Positions 11,805-21,621 of a stretch of 33,248 nt of DNA are shown piece after piece. A model generated the notes under the pieces. The model saw nothing but the letters and a program-made list of their open reading frames with translations, made no database searches and was not told where the DNA came from. Both the position numbers and the translations under genes were made by a program. The DNA comes from a virus. Within the stretch, counting starts at the first letter, position 1. Every line of letters starts with the position of its first letter. The DNA lies in IMG/VR virus record IMGVR_UViG_3300017779_000064; one strand, given 5' to 3'.

Positions 11805-14570
11805 TTACTTTTTAAATCCGTAAACACGGATTGTTCCAGAAGTAAAATTACCTCCTGACGATGGGCCGGAGGCTAAATAAAATTGGATAGCATTAATTGC
11901 TGTGGTGCTTCTGAAAACACTATTTCTATAAGCCTCACTGAGTGCAGCATAAGCATCACCGCCAGCAGAAACATACGAAGCAAACATAGAATAGTTACTT
12001 GTATTATCAGGGCTGATAAGAACAATGTCACCATTTCTAAGATTTTCTGCGGCAGTAGAGCCACCTCCACCCGAAAGTTCTAGATATGCTCTATTTGCTC
12101 CATCTGTAAAATAATCAGTACTGCCACTTAGGTAGTTAGACCCTCCGTCTGTACTAACCAAAGCGCGTAAAGTAACGTTTGCTGTTGCAGGCTTTAAATC
12201 AACTTTAAACAAATACGAACCATATGTGCTTGCATCAAAACCTGTGAAGTTTAATGTCGTACTATTATTTGCTGTTAAAGTTGCTATTAGTTCTGTCGCA
12301 CCCCCTCCCGCTTCAGCCCAAGTAAGGCCACCAGTATTACCTGATTGTGCGGTCAGCATGTAACCGTTTACTGGGCTGTTGCTGACCTTGAGATTTGCCT
12401 CATCCACTACATTGTCAGCAATAACTGTTGCGCCATCTGCCGTACTAGTAACTTCACCAGAGTGATTGGGGTGGACGTAATTGTTAGCTGATGCGGCAAC
12501 GCCATTAAGTTTTGTGTGGTCAGCATCCGTAAACACATTACTATCGGATGCGGATTCTACTAAAGTTCTAATTTCTGATGCTGTCTGGTCGGCAGTAGCA
12601 CTAGCCTCAATGCCATCTAGTTTGGATTTCAACGTATTCGTAAAGTTATTTTGCGTCAGACCGCCATCGCCGACTGAATACTCTGTATTTGTGTCGGTTG
12701 GTGTTGCCCAAGTAAAAGTGCCATCGCCATCAGAGCGCAAAAACTGGGACGTGCTTCCGTTACCTGTTACCTTTAGATTGTCAGCATCAATGACATTTGA
12801 CGCGACAACAGTTGCGCCATCGGCAGAACTGGTGACTTCGCCACTGTGATTAGGGTGGACGTAATTGTTAGCACTTGCAGCAATGCCATCCAACTTAGTA
12901 CCATCGGCTGATACATCCCGACCATCTACAGTTTGACTGCCAGCCATTGTGAGATTGCCAGAAAGCTGACCTCCCGACAGAGGCAGGAAGCCAGAGCCAG
13001 CAGTTACGCCCTGCTCCCACGCACTACCAGTATAAACTTTAAGAGTATCGCTGCTTGTGTTGAAAAATAAATCACCAGCATTGAGATTGGAGCTAGGGTC
13101 AGAACTCCCGCTAGAATAAACCTCGGAAAATGCGGTAATACCAGATAAATTTGTAGCAACGGTATTAACGTTTGATATAGAGCCAGACACGTTTGACATA
13201 GCTGTAACGTTGGCGGATGTGCCAAGGATACCCATATCTTCCACAACCGCTGCCGTGCCTAGGAAGCCCATATCTTCAACAACTGCCGAGGTGCCAAGTA
13301 ATCCCATTGCTGTGACGTTTGCTGATGTCGCAAGCGTGTTCATATCGGACACAATGTCGGACGTTGCCAGCGTGTTCATATCTGAGACAACATCCGTTGT
13401 GCCAAGTATTGCTAAGTCAGCAACAACGTCAGACGTTCCAAGCAAGGCCATATCAGCAACAACATCGCTCGTTCCAAGCAAGGCCATTGCTGCTACATTG
13501 GAAGACGTAGCAAGCAAGTTCATGTCAGTGACAATGTCACTGGTGGCAAGCGTGTTAAGGTCGGAAATAATATCACTAGTAGCTAAAGTATTCATATCAG
13601 CGACAACGTCTGTAGTAGCTAGTATTGCCATATCTGCGACAACATCTGTCGTGCCTAAAATAGCCATATCAGCAACCGTTTCTGACGTTCCCAGCAATCC
13701 CATCGCGGTGACGTTAGCAGACGTTCCCAGCAAATTCATATCTTCGACGATTGCAGCCGTACCAAGAGTATTCATATCAGCAACAACATCGCTGGTGCCT
13801 AGAATTGCCATGTCCGCAACAGCATCGCTAGTGCCTAGTCGTCCAATCTCTGTAGCTTTCCCTGCAACCACGCCTATGTCGGTGGCATCGCCAGCCACAG
13901 CGGTCACATCGCTTGCTATCCCAGCCACGGTCGTGATGTTGCTGGCAATACCAGCAAGTGTGTTTTGATTTGTGACATTGCTAGATGTCGCTAAGGTATT
14001 CATGTCGCTGACTGCGTCAGATGTGCCCAGCAAGTTGATAGCGGTTGTCACATCGGCCAGAGATTGAACCGCCGTAATGCTTGGCCCAGCTTCTGGGTTG
14101 CCTGATGTAGCGTTGAACCCCAAGACTGTTCCCTTGCGGGCGTCCTTGTTTGGCAGGGTCATATCAATGCTGGTGGCGTCATCCACCGGGGCAATCAAGG
14201 TGCGGTCTAGGCGCTCGTCTTGTTGCTGAAACAGCATCATGTTTGTGTCGAAGTCTGTCTCTAAGCTAGTGGCATTTATAGTGCCGCCGGATGTGTACAC
14301 ACTTGACCTGGCCAGTGCCGTCTTGGACATAATCGTGACTATCTGGCCGTTCGTTGGCGTATTGCCTGACGTAAAGGTAATAGACCCCGCGCCGGTCGAG
14401 GACGTTATGCTGACCGTGTAGTGCGTTGAGATTGTCTTTAGCGTAGTGCCGACAAAAACCGCAACATCGGCCTCAGTGTTTACCGAAAAGCTAAACGAGA
14501 ACTCATTGGTTGAGCCATTGGCCGTGGCCTGGGCTTTGCGCGTAACTGCGCTGATTGCAAAAGTGGCCAT
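11805..14570 (-). CDS. Tail fibre protein (about 921 aa from ATG 14570) with a repeat-rich shaft and a duplicated module
   Basis: N-terminal ...ANGSTNEFSFSFSV... adaptor-like region, then 12-residue tandem repeats, KLDGI(A/E)ASA motifs, duplicated ASANNYVHPNHSGEVTS modules and a C-terminal beta-rich domain. AGGAAGGA RBS lies 6 nt before ATG 14570 (the track start at 14576 is TTG). Confidence 0.8.
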   Translation of the reverse strand: MATFAISAVTRKAQATANGSTNEFSFSFSVNTEADVAVFVGTTLKTISTHYTVSITSSTGAGSITFTSGNTPTNGQIVTIMSKTALARSSVYTSGGTINATSLETDFDTNMMLFQQQDERLDRTLIAPVDDATSIDMTLPNKDARKGTVLGFNATSGNPEAGPSITAVQSLADVTTAINLLGTSDAVSDMNTLATSSNVTNQNTLAGIASNITTVAGIASDVTAVAGDATDIGVVAGKATEIGRLGTSDAVADMAILGTSDVVADMNTLGTAAIVEDMNLLGTSANVTAMGLLGTSETVADMAILGTTDVVADMAILATTDVVADMNTLATSDIISDLNTLATSDIVTDMNLLATSSNVAAMALLGTSDVVADMALLGTSDVVADLAILGTTDVVSDMNTLATSDIVSDMNTLATSANVTAMGLLGTSAVVEDMGFLGTAAVVEDMGILGTSANVTAMSNVSGSISNVNTVATNLSGITAFSEVYSSGSSDPSSNLNAGDLFFNTSSDTLKVYTGSAWEQGVTAGSGFLPLSGGQLSGNLTMAGSQTVDGRDVSADGTKLDGIAASANNYVHPNHSGEVTSSADGATVVASNVIDADNLKVTGNGSTSQFLRSDGDGTFTWATPTDTNTEYSVGDGGLTQNNFTNTLKSKLDGIEASATADQTASEIRTLVESASDSNVFTDADHTKLNGVAASANNYVHPNHSGEVTSTADGATVIADNVVDEANLKVSNSPVNGYMLTAQSGNTGGLTWAEAGGGATELIATLTANNSTTLNFTGFDASTYGSYLFKVDLKPATANVTLRALVSTDGGSNYLSGSTDYFTDGANRAYLELSGGGGSTAAENLRNGDIVLISPDNTSNYSMFASYVSAGGDAYAALSEAYRNSVFRSTTAINAIQFYLASGPSSGGNFTSGTIRVYGFKK
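13197..14036 (-). repeat. Coding tandem repeat, 36-bp / 12-residue period (about 20 clean units plus degenerate and 10-residue units)
   Basis: AILGTTDVVADM|AILATTDVVADM|NTLATSDIISDL|NTLATSDIVTDM|NLLATSSNVAAM|ALLGTSDVVADM|ALLGTSDVVADL|... Consensus x-x-L-(G/A)-T-(S/T)-(D/A)-(V/I/N)-V-x-(D/A)-M. Confidence 0.9.
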
Positions 14571-14591
14571 TACCAATCCTTCCTATTAATG

Positions 14592-14620
14592 ATTGTACAC
14601 TGTTTTGGGTGATTTGTCAT
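14592..14620 (-). promoter_or_regulatory. Sigma70-like promoter candidate upstream of the tail fibre gene
   Basis: Minus strand reads ATGACA (14620..14615), a 17-nt spacer, then TACAAT (14597..14592). It sits in the 46-bp gap between the 1057-aa gene and the fibre gene. Confidence 0.4.
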
Positions 14621-14622
14621 TG

Positions 14623-17600
14623 TCATAACTCGCCAAGCTGACGGCGGCTTTCCAGCATAATGTCCACCCCTGTCATTCCTCGCTTGCTTCTAGTGCCAGG
14701 ACGCCCAGCCATGTATTCCTTTGCCAAAGTCCGGCGCTCAATCAAAACTCCTGATAACAAATCGAACTTGTCATCGTCAGTAATGGCATCGGCGTACTCT
14801 TCGCTGGTCAGCATCTTGTCCAAAGCAATAACAAGTTTTTCGCTTTCATCGTAGTATATGTCATCTGGCATATAGCCACGGTCATCAATGGTATTTATTG
14901 TGCTGATGAACATACTAAATTGTTCATTGTTTAGCTTGGTCTGTCCTATGCGGTCGCGGTGGAACCCGAACACACCAGCCCCAACCTCGGCCAACCTAAT
15001 TAGTTCCTCGTCTAAACTAGAGTACGCACCATCCTGAATTTTAAACGGGTTAATTGTTTCAAGCCTAGTGCCGCGCCCTTGGTACTTTTCCTCGCCCCAA
15101 AAATTCAAACCTTTTGGCAAGTTTTCTGAGAAATTAGGGTTGCGGGCCTTTGCCTTTTGCAGAGCGGTATAGAACCCGGTCATAAATGGCGGCAACTCGG
15201 TATACAGGTCATCGGTGAACGGGGCAGTGCCTAGCGGCAATTTAGTGGAACGCTGCACCGGGTCGTTAAGGCGCTCTAGCGTGGCCATTAAACTAGTCTG
15301 GCTAATGAGCGGGTACTCATCACCGCGCAAGAACTCATTGGCATAACTGAGCAAGCCTAGAGTTGATTGGTCAACATTTCCCAAGACATTGGTGCCAACA
15401 GTGCCCGCTTGTGTTCCAAGGAACTGCAAGGCTCTGGCAATGCCATCCTCTTGACTGCCTCGACCGTTGAAAAACACCTCGGACAAATCGGACATACCTT
15501 GCAGGAAAGGCATTGATGTTGCGTATTCTGCAACCGCCAAAGTATAGGCACCGGTCAGTTCAGCAATGCCCACCTCGTCATCAGAATACTTAACATATTC
15601 AGCCATGTCCGACCCCATAAACAATAGGGCAGATATTGGGTCAAAGCGTGTAAAGGTCGTGAACTCGTATTCACCTTTCTCATCGTTCCAAATGCCGACC
15701 GAACCAGGCGGCACACCGGCAGAGCCAGCGATATTGTATTGTGCTGAAAGGTCATCACTGATGTTGCCGGTAATCATGTAGTCTTCACCAGCATAGCCCT
15801 TGAGGCCAAAGACGTTTTGCACCGCGCCTAGATAGCCGGAGATGATTGGAGGATGTTCCTGATAGCCATCATTGCTGGCAATACCAAACATTGTAAGTGC
15901 AATGCTATTACCTATGGCCAGCTTAGAGATTGCCTGGTCTATCTCTTTCCCTGCTATCGGTGCGTTGCCACCAAAGCGGTCACCTAGTGCGGGCAATAAA
16001 GCCCCTGCCTTTGTGTTCTGTTTTATTGCTCGATATATTGGTGACCAGTTTAGTGTGCGGTCAAATGCTTCATTAATTATATTAGTAGGAGTGTTGTAAA
16101 ACGGCGCAATCACTTTCATCAAAGGGAACTCGTTTATGAGCGGCCCCATGCGCCCAAACCAGCCTTTAGGCTGACCTTGGAATGTCATTTGCCGAGAGTC
16201 ATCAACCATCATTTTTTGCACGGCGTCTGGCGGGCTGACCATAATGTCAGCGGCTTTTTTCTTAGATAACTTCTGAGCGTCTGACCTAGACAACCCGGCT
16301 TTCCTTGCGCTTTGGTAGGCTATTTGCGCGGCTCGGTGCGCCTCACGATACAACACACGGCGGCGTGTTATAACCTTGAAATACTCATCCTCGGTCGCAA
16401 GCAATCGACCTGACATTCTAGTGGCAATGCCAAACGCATCAATTGCTGTTTTGTAAAAGTCGCCTTCATATACGCCCTTGGCAATATCAACTAGGTTGTC
16501 AGTGCGGCCCACGGCGCGTTGTTCTTTGAGGTCAATCTTTGTCATAAGGTCTGAACTTTGACCCGTCACAAATGTTTTGCCCATTAAAGTGAACGCATCG
16601 CGCTGCGCCATCATAAAGCCAAATGCTTCAGCCGATGCCTCGCCCATGTATGCTTGGTCACCAATCTCGCCTCGTCGGCCACCAACCGTGCGAATATTGC
16701 CAATAAGACCAGCTAGGCCACGCTCGGCCAGCGTCATAATTTGAAATGACATATTGCCCGCTAGGTTTACCGTGTGGCTAACCGGGCCGGAAAGAATGGC
16801 ATTGATATAGTTCTCCATAGCAAAATCATAGGTCTTGGAGATTATGCCTTTCTCGGCATACTTGGCGCGGGCGGCGGGGTTCTCCATAGAAAGAAGCACA
16901 TGGGCATGATAGTCCATCATCCCCTCGTCCATCTCACCAACAAAACGGTCTAGCTGTTCTGCGTAATCACCAGCATTTAGGTTTAGCTTAGAGATTGATG
17001 ATATAATGCCTAGACCGCGCCCGTACTCTGAAACATTGCCAGAGACTTGAGCGGCTAGGTTAGATGTCACCGCACCTAACATCCGCATTTTTTTAAACGC
17101 CATAAGTTTTTCGGGTGAGCCTTCAGCGAGGTTAATGACGGCGCGGGCTGCAACCTCTATTTCTTGGCCCAGTTTAATAACGCCAACCATTCCGGCCAGC
17201 ACTTCCTCTGGTGGCAGCACCTCGCCAGGTTTGCGGCCTAAGAACTTGTAAGCGATTTTCTCAAAGCCGGTTGCTTCAGCCAATGTCATCAACTCGTCCA
17301 TTGACTTAGTGTCACGGCGCAGATGGGCAAAAAGTTCAGTGTTGTTTGTTTTGATGTTTGTTAAAACTGTCTCAAGGTTAAAGTCATCAGTACCGGCGGC
17401 GTTAAATATCTCACCAATACGGCCTAAGTTGACTGCACCGGCTTGCTTGTTAGTGACTGCGCTGAAAACACCAGAGTTGCCCGCAATTGATTGGTTCAGC
17501 CGTTCTAGGTCTTCATTGGGCATGGCCTTGATTACTAGGCTGTCACCGGGGCCAGAGAACACGTTAGCTTCTGGCACACCAACAAATGAACGCGCCTCGG

Positions 17601-17796
17601 CCTTATTGGCGAAATCTTCAATCGGCTTAACCACGGCACCAACCGCCGCGCCAATCGCGTCCTTAAGTGGACCCGCGACCTCGACGCCTTGCGGTTCGAC
17701 CTCAGTTGCTGGCGTCATGTCACCGGCTACACCGGCGTCAACCATTGGTGGTTGTGCTTCTGGCTGGGGAAGTATTGGGCTGTCAGCTACGCTCAT
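14623..17796 (-). CDS. Large internal virion/ejection protein (gp16-position, 1057 aa)
   Basis: Size and position immediately upstream of the tail fibre in a T7-like structural gene order. I could not recognise any catalytic motif. Confidence 0.5.
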   Translation of the reverse strand: MSVADSPILPQPEAQPPMVDAGVAGDMTPATEVEPQGVEVAGPLKDAIGAAVGAVVKPIEDFANKAEARSFVGVPEANVFSGPGDSLVIKAMPNEDLERLNQSIAGNSGVFSAVTNKQAGAVNLGRIGEIFNAAGTDDFNLETVLTNIKTNNTELFAHLRRDTKSMDELMTLAEATGFEKIAYKFLGRKPGEVLPPEEVLAGMVGVIKLGQEIEVAARAVINLAEGSPEKLMAFKKMRMLGAVTSNLAAQVSGNVSEYGRGLGIISSISKLNLNAGDYAEQLDRFVGEMDEGMMDYHAHVLLSMENPAARAKYAEKGIISKTYDFAMENYINAILSGPVSHTVNLAGNMSFQIMTLAERGLAGLIGNIRTVGGRRGEIGDQAYMGEASAEAFGFMMAQRDAFTLMGKTFVTGQSSDLMTKIDLKEQRAVGRTDNLVDIAKGVYEGDFYKTAIDAFGIATRMSGRLLATEDEYFKVITRRRVLYREAHRAAQIAYQSARKAGLSRSDAQKLSKKKAADIMVSPPDAVQKMMVDDSRQMTFQGQPKGWFGRMGPLINEFPLMKVIAPFYNTPTNIINEAFDRTLNWSPIYRAIKQNTKAGALLPALGDRFGGNAPIAGKEIDQAISKLAIGNSIALTMFGIASNDGYQEHPPIISGYLGAVQNVFGLKGYAGEDYMITGNISDDLSAQYNIAGSAGVPPGSVGIWNDEKGEYEFTTFTRFDPISALLFMGSDMAEYVKYSDDEVGIAELTGAYTLAVAEYATSMPFLQGMSDLSEVFFNGRGSQEDGIARALQFLGTQAGTVGTNVLGNVDQSTLGLLSYANEFLRGDEYPLISQTSLMATLERLNDPVQRSTKLPLGTAPFTDDLYTELPPFMTGFYTALQKAKARNPNFSENLPKGLNFWGEEKYQGRGTRLETINPFKIQDGAYSSLDEELIRLAEVGAGVFGFHRDRIGQTKLNNEQFSMFISTINTIDDRGYMPDDIYYDESEKLVIALDKMLTSEEYADAITDDDKFDLLSGVLIERRTLAKEYMAGRPGTRSKRGMTGVDIMLESRRQLGEL

Positions 17797-17802
17797 GTCT
17801 CG

Positions 17803-19179
17803 TCATCCTTTTGCCCGCCTTTTGGCCTGAGATTTTGAAAAAACTTCGTAAACGTCTATAAAATCCTCTGGGGCCTCAATGATGAAATTGGGCGGCGGCT
17901 TGTAACCCTTTTTGATATATTCCATGCCGTTTCGAGTTTCGTACCCATCTGGCGGGATGACGTAAATGACATCACCCTTTCGAGGCGCGTATTGTTCATC
18001 AATAATATTTGTTGGCGTGCCGCCTTTATACGCTGGCAATAGTTGCCCGCCTGTAAACCCATTTTTTAAAACAGACTCCTTCACCTCTTGCGGATTGTGT
18101 TTACCTTGGCGGCCCTTAACGTCAACGTGTACCAGATAGTTTTTTTGAAATTGCTTTCTTGTTGGCATAGCGGCATTTTGTGCTGTGCTAGACAATTTTC
18201 CATCCCCGGCAATTTTGCCTCCATCATAAGAAGCATCCGGTGACGGTTCAACCTTGGACACAAACTCATCAGTTGCGCGGGCGGCACTTGTTGCCACTTC
18301 ATCTGTTGTAGTTGCGGCCTGAGTAACAAACCTGTCAGTTGCTTCACCCGCCTTATCAAAGAACGATTGGCTAGGCATAACTTGCGTATCAGTTGGCGGT
18401 GGTGCTTGAGCCAGTGTTTCTTTTACTGCCTCGACCGCTTCCTTGTTAGACCGTATGAGGCGAAACCCGTACATGACCACATCAATTGGAACGCCGATGG
18501 CTGTGCCTTCAACCGCTTGCAATATCCGCGCCTTTAGTCGTTCCTCTGGCCCTGCATCGCTGTCAACTTTGCTGTCTAAATAATCCAAGACGGCGTAGTC
18601 TAAACCCATGCCTTTGAGCAATGATGACAGGTTGCCCTCTTCTGGGTCAAGCAAAGCATCAGCAAAACCAGAGCGCAGCATATTTGCGCCCATGCCCGCA
18701 CCGCGAACCGGGGCCGCTGCCATGCCCGCCGCGAACTGGACTAGCCCCCGCGCAAAGCCCTCGGCCATGCTGTCGCCTTTTGGCACATCAGGTAAATCGC
18801 CAAGCTGTCCTGGCTGGGCACCGGCGGGTGGTTCCTTGCTCCAATTTACGCCGTTCTCATCCACGTTGAGATAGCCCAAGCTGCCCACGTTTGTCTCAAT
18901 CATGCCACCGAGTTCAGAACTCAGGTCGATGACGCCTTGGGAGAAATCGCGCAGACCTCCAGCCACGGCCCTGCCAGTTGCTTTCGCAGTTCCAACCGGG
19001 TCCATTGCCGCATCAACCACAGCCTCACCGGCAGACATTGCAACGTCACCAGCTTTGCTAAGAAGACCAGGCGGTGGTGGTGGCGGTGTATATGAAACAC
19101 CATCCTTAGTTATGTAGACATCATAAGCCTCTTGGCTACGAACTGCCCGGCTTTCTGCGATTGCGTCGAGAAGGTCCAT
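17803..19179 (-). CDS. Internal virion protein (458 aa) with Pro/Gly/Ala-rich linkers and a distinct C-terminal globular module
   Basis: Position in the core-protein block. PPPPPP and A/G-rich segments. The C-terminal ~120 aa (KNYLVHVDVKGRQGKHNPQEV...YVIPPDGYETRNGMEYIKKGYKPPPNFI) have a different composition. Confidence 0.45.
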   Translation of the reverse strand: MDLLDAIAESRAVRSQEAYDVYITKDGVSYTPPPPPPGLLSKAGDVAMSAGEAVVDAAMDPVGTAKATGRAVAGGLRDFSQGVIDLSSELGGMIETNVGSLGYLNVDENGVNWSKEPPAGAQPGQLGDLPDVPKGDSMAEGFARGLVQFAAGMAAAPVRGAGMGANMLRSGFADALLDPEEGNLSSLLKGMGLDYAVLDYLDSKVDSDAGPEERLKARILQAVEGTAIGVPIDVVMYGFRLIRSNKEAVEAVKETLAQAPPPTDTQVMPSQSFFDKAGEATDRFVTQAATTTDEVATSAARATDEFVSKVEPSPDASYDGGKIAGDGKLSSTAQNAAMPTRKQFQKNYLVHVDVKGRQGKHNPQEVKESVLKNGFTGGQLLPAYKGGTPTNIIDEQYAPRKGDVIYVIPPDGYETRNGMEYIKKGYKPPPNFIIEAPEDFIDVYEVFSKSQAKRRAKG

Positions 19180-20411
19180 TATCTAATCGCCCTCTCTAGT
19201 CTTTGTATCTGCCCAGTAATCCCATTCCGCTCTCTCTCAGTCTTATACCCTTTGATGCGTTCGCCATTTTTGAGCCGTTCTTGGATGTCCTTTAAAAAAT
19301 CAATAGCGCCAGCATAATCGTCTATTTCTAATTCCGCACCTTTTTTGCTGTTTAAAATGCCAATTAGACCGCTTGCATTTTTCTGCAATGCTAAGAATTG
19401 CGCCTCGTCAATTTCATCGGCTTGTGTGCCCAATAGAGATTGTGCCGTTGCAATCGCATCAAAGTTCTGACCCGCCTTGTCAGCGTTTAATTTTGCCAAG
19501 GCCAGCTTGCCAACTAGGCTTGCGTATAACTGGCTTTTCTCAAACATTGGGTTATCAATGGCAATCTCACGCAAGTCACCCGTCAACTTTAGTTCACCTT
19601 TAAGCCATGACTCCGCAATAGCCACCTCGGCGCTTTCGTAAGTTTCAACTAGTCCAAGATACTTGGTGTAATCGGCTGCACTCAAGTCACCTCTAGCATT
19701 AACCACATCGGCATACGATAATTCTCGGCGCTTGGTATCTAGCGTGTTGACTACACTTGGGTCGCTTGTTTGGCGAACCGTACCGATTGTTAGGAACTCA
19801 GTTTCTAATTTTGCAGCGGCTTCTGGGTCGAGCGAGTTTAATTTTTTAACCGCAATGTCAAACGCATCGCGGTCGCCTATTGCCATTGCCCGCGTTGCCG
19901 CCGCTGTATGAGTCTCTTCATCTTTAATTGCTTGCCTTGCATCAGCGGCATCTTGCGCCTCTTGCTCTCGCAGCATTACCGTGCGGCGTTTGGCCAGTTC
20001 ATTAGCTATGTCATAGTACGGTATATTCTGAGAATGAAGATAGGTAACTGCATTGTATAATGCGTTATTGCCGGAAAGCCTTTTTACTTTTCCTGCGCGA
20101 ATAAGGTCAATTACTTCAGACTTTTTAGGCCCGGTAAAAACTTCATCAATTAACAAAGCAAGCATTTTTTCTTCATTAACTGCATCAAAATTATTTGCCG
20201 CTGCCGTCATTTGCGAGGATGTCATGCCAAGGCTGGCATATCGCTGCAACCTCTCTAGCTTTTCCATTTGCACAAGTTCAACAAATGTTGCTTCGGCGGT
20301 TAAATCTATAACCTCATTCTCTGGTGCAGAACGCAATTTTGGCTTTAGTGAACGCCGGACCTTTCCATCAATCATAATAGAGGAACCTTGCTGAACTAAA
20401 CTTTCAGCCAT
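19179..20411 (-). CDS. Internal virion protein (410 aa, largely alpha-helical)
   Basis: Position, overlapping start and stop codons with neighbours, and Ala/Glu/Leu/Lys-rich helical composition. Confidence 0.4.
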   Translation of the reverse strand: MAESLVQQGSSIMIDGKVRRSLKPKLRSAPENEVIDLTAEATFVELVQMEKLERLQRYASLGMTSSQMTAAANNFDAVNEEKMLALLIDEVFTGPKKSEVIDLIRAGKVKRLSGNNALYNAVTYLHSQNIPYYDIANELAKRRTVMLREQEAQDAADARQAIKDEETHTAAATRAMAIGDRDAFDIAVKKLNSLDPEAAAKLETEFLTIGTVRQTSDPSVVNTLDTKRRELSYADVVNARGDLSAADYTKYLGLVETYESAEVAIAESWLKGELKLTGDLREIAIDNPMFEKSQLYASLVGKLALAKLNADKAGQNFDAIATAQSLLGTQADEIDEAQFLALQKNASGLIGILNSKKGAELEIDDYAGAIDFLKDIQERLKNGERIKGYKTERERNGITGQIQRLERAIR

Positions 20412-21055
20412 TAGTTGCTCCTCCCTGTCACAGTACGGGCTTGGTTCACTCTTTGGTCGCTAGCGTCCGTTGCTTTGTCTTGTGCCAAGAAGGTTGCCAA
20501 AGCATTAGACTTGTTCTGACCAATCTTCCATTTACTGTATGCCTCAAACTCGTTGTTAGCATAAATGCCCATTTTGGCGCGAAACTGAACCGCAACCGTT
20601 GGAGCTTCTTTGTCAAACGTGCCCGCATAGCCAGCAATGACCTCGTCAATTTTGTCAGCCAAATCATCTGCTGGCATCTTGGACTGATAAGCGCCCAGCA
20701 CAATCTCTGATATTTTTTCGCGGGTTAGCATTTCCAGTTGGTCGCTGGCCATATTGTATGCGGCCCGCTTCGCGGCACGGTCGAACACAGACAGATTGCC
20801 ACCGGGCATATCTACTGCACCGCCTGATTTGTACGCATCCTCAATTTGTTTCTTTGTGGGCGCGTGTAGTGCCCCATATTCTGCGCCCGCAATTTCTGCT
20901 TGCTGTTGCGTTTGCTGCAAGAAAAACTGGGTCATTCGGCCCAAGTCTTGAGCCTTCTGTGCCGCACCCCGCGCCCCGACTTGACCTACCGCATCTTGGA
21001 ATGTCGGCAATCTAAGCTGTGCGCCTCGCCGTTGATATGTGGGACGTTCAGCCAT
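20411..21055 (-). CDS. Virion-associated hypothetical protein (214 aa)
   Basis: Position in the structural operon. ATGA-type overlaps on both sides. Confidence 0.4.
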   Translation of the reverse strand: MAERPTYQRRGAQLRLPTFQDAVGQVGARGAAQKAQDLGRMTQFFLQQTQQQAEIAGAEYGALHAPTKKQIEDAYKSGGAVDMPGGNLSVFDRAAKRAAYNMASDQLEMLTREKISEIVLGAYQSKMPADDLADKIDEVIAGYAGTFDKEAPTVAVQFRAKMGIYANNEFEAYSKWKIGQNKSNALATFLAQDKATDASDQRVNQARTVTGRSN

Positions 21056-21621
21056 TAGCCACCCGCCAAAGTCTGACCACCAGACAAGTTTATGGTGTTC
21101 ATAGAGCCACTGTTCATTGGCACTGCATTGCCGGTAAATCCACCACTACTCGCACCCATTAGCCCGCCCTTCACCACGGCAGAGATTACCCCGCGCTTGG
21201 CAGCTTTCTGCGCCATACGAAGACCAGTATCACCGGCTAGTCTAAAATTGTCGGCTTGCATTTGCGACATGCTTTGAGCCAGCGAGGCGTTGTCTGACTG
21301 TATGCTGAACTCGTCCGCTGCGCCACGCATACTCGCTATGTTAATCATTGCCGTGCTTTCGCCAGAGATATACGGCGCAAGGCCACCACTGGCAGCGCGG
21401 GCCGTAGCCGTGGCCATCGTCTTCTGCACGTTTCTTAAAATATCAATGCCTTCGCGTTTATAAGCCAGGGCATCAACTCGGCCTTTTAATTCGGCCTGTC
21501 TGGCATTGCTGTAATAAGTATTTCGTTGGTACTCTGCCGCCTCGACTTTGGCCCGACCTTCAGCCGCCGCTGATGCACCTGAGACAAGCGCACCAATAAT
21601 GACCATTTCCATTCCGCTCAT
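21055..21621 (-). CDS. Internal virion protein with an N-terminal hydrophobic segment (188 aa, gp13/gp14 position)
   Basis: MEMVIIGALVSGASAAA... followed by an Ala/Gly/Ser-rich sequence. Directly downstream of the tubular-B-like gene. Confidence 0.4.
   Translation of the reverse strand: MSGMEMVIIGALVSGASAAAEGRAKVEAAEYQRNTYYSNARQAELKGRVDALAYKREGIDILRNVQKTMATATARAASGGLAPYISGESTAMINIASMRGAADEFSIQSDNASLAQSMSQMQADNFRLAGDTGLRMAQKAAKRGVISAVVKGGLMGASSGGFTGNAVPMNSGSMNTINLSGGQTLAGG

Noticed and set aside
12315-12899. Diversity-generating retroelement (TR/VR pair) in the tail fibre
   Set aside because: The two repeat copies differ at all four bases rather than at adenine positions only. No reverse transcriptase or accessory gene exists anywhere in the genome.
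13210-13968. 252-aa plus-strand ORF antisense to the tail fibre gene
   Set aside because: It lies exactly over the 36-bp tandem repeats, and its periodic sequence (ISATTSVV...) is the mirror of the fibre repeat. It has no RBS or start context and is best explained as a stop-free antisense frame created by the repeat.
13197-14036. CRISPR-like array (regular ~36-bp periodicity)
   Set aside because: The units are contiguous without spacers and diverged, they sit in frame inside a long CDS, and no cas genes are present.
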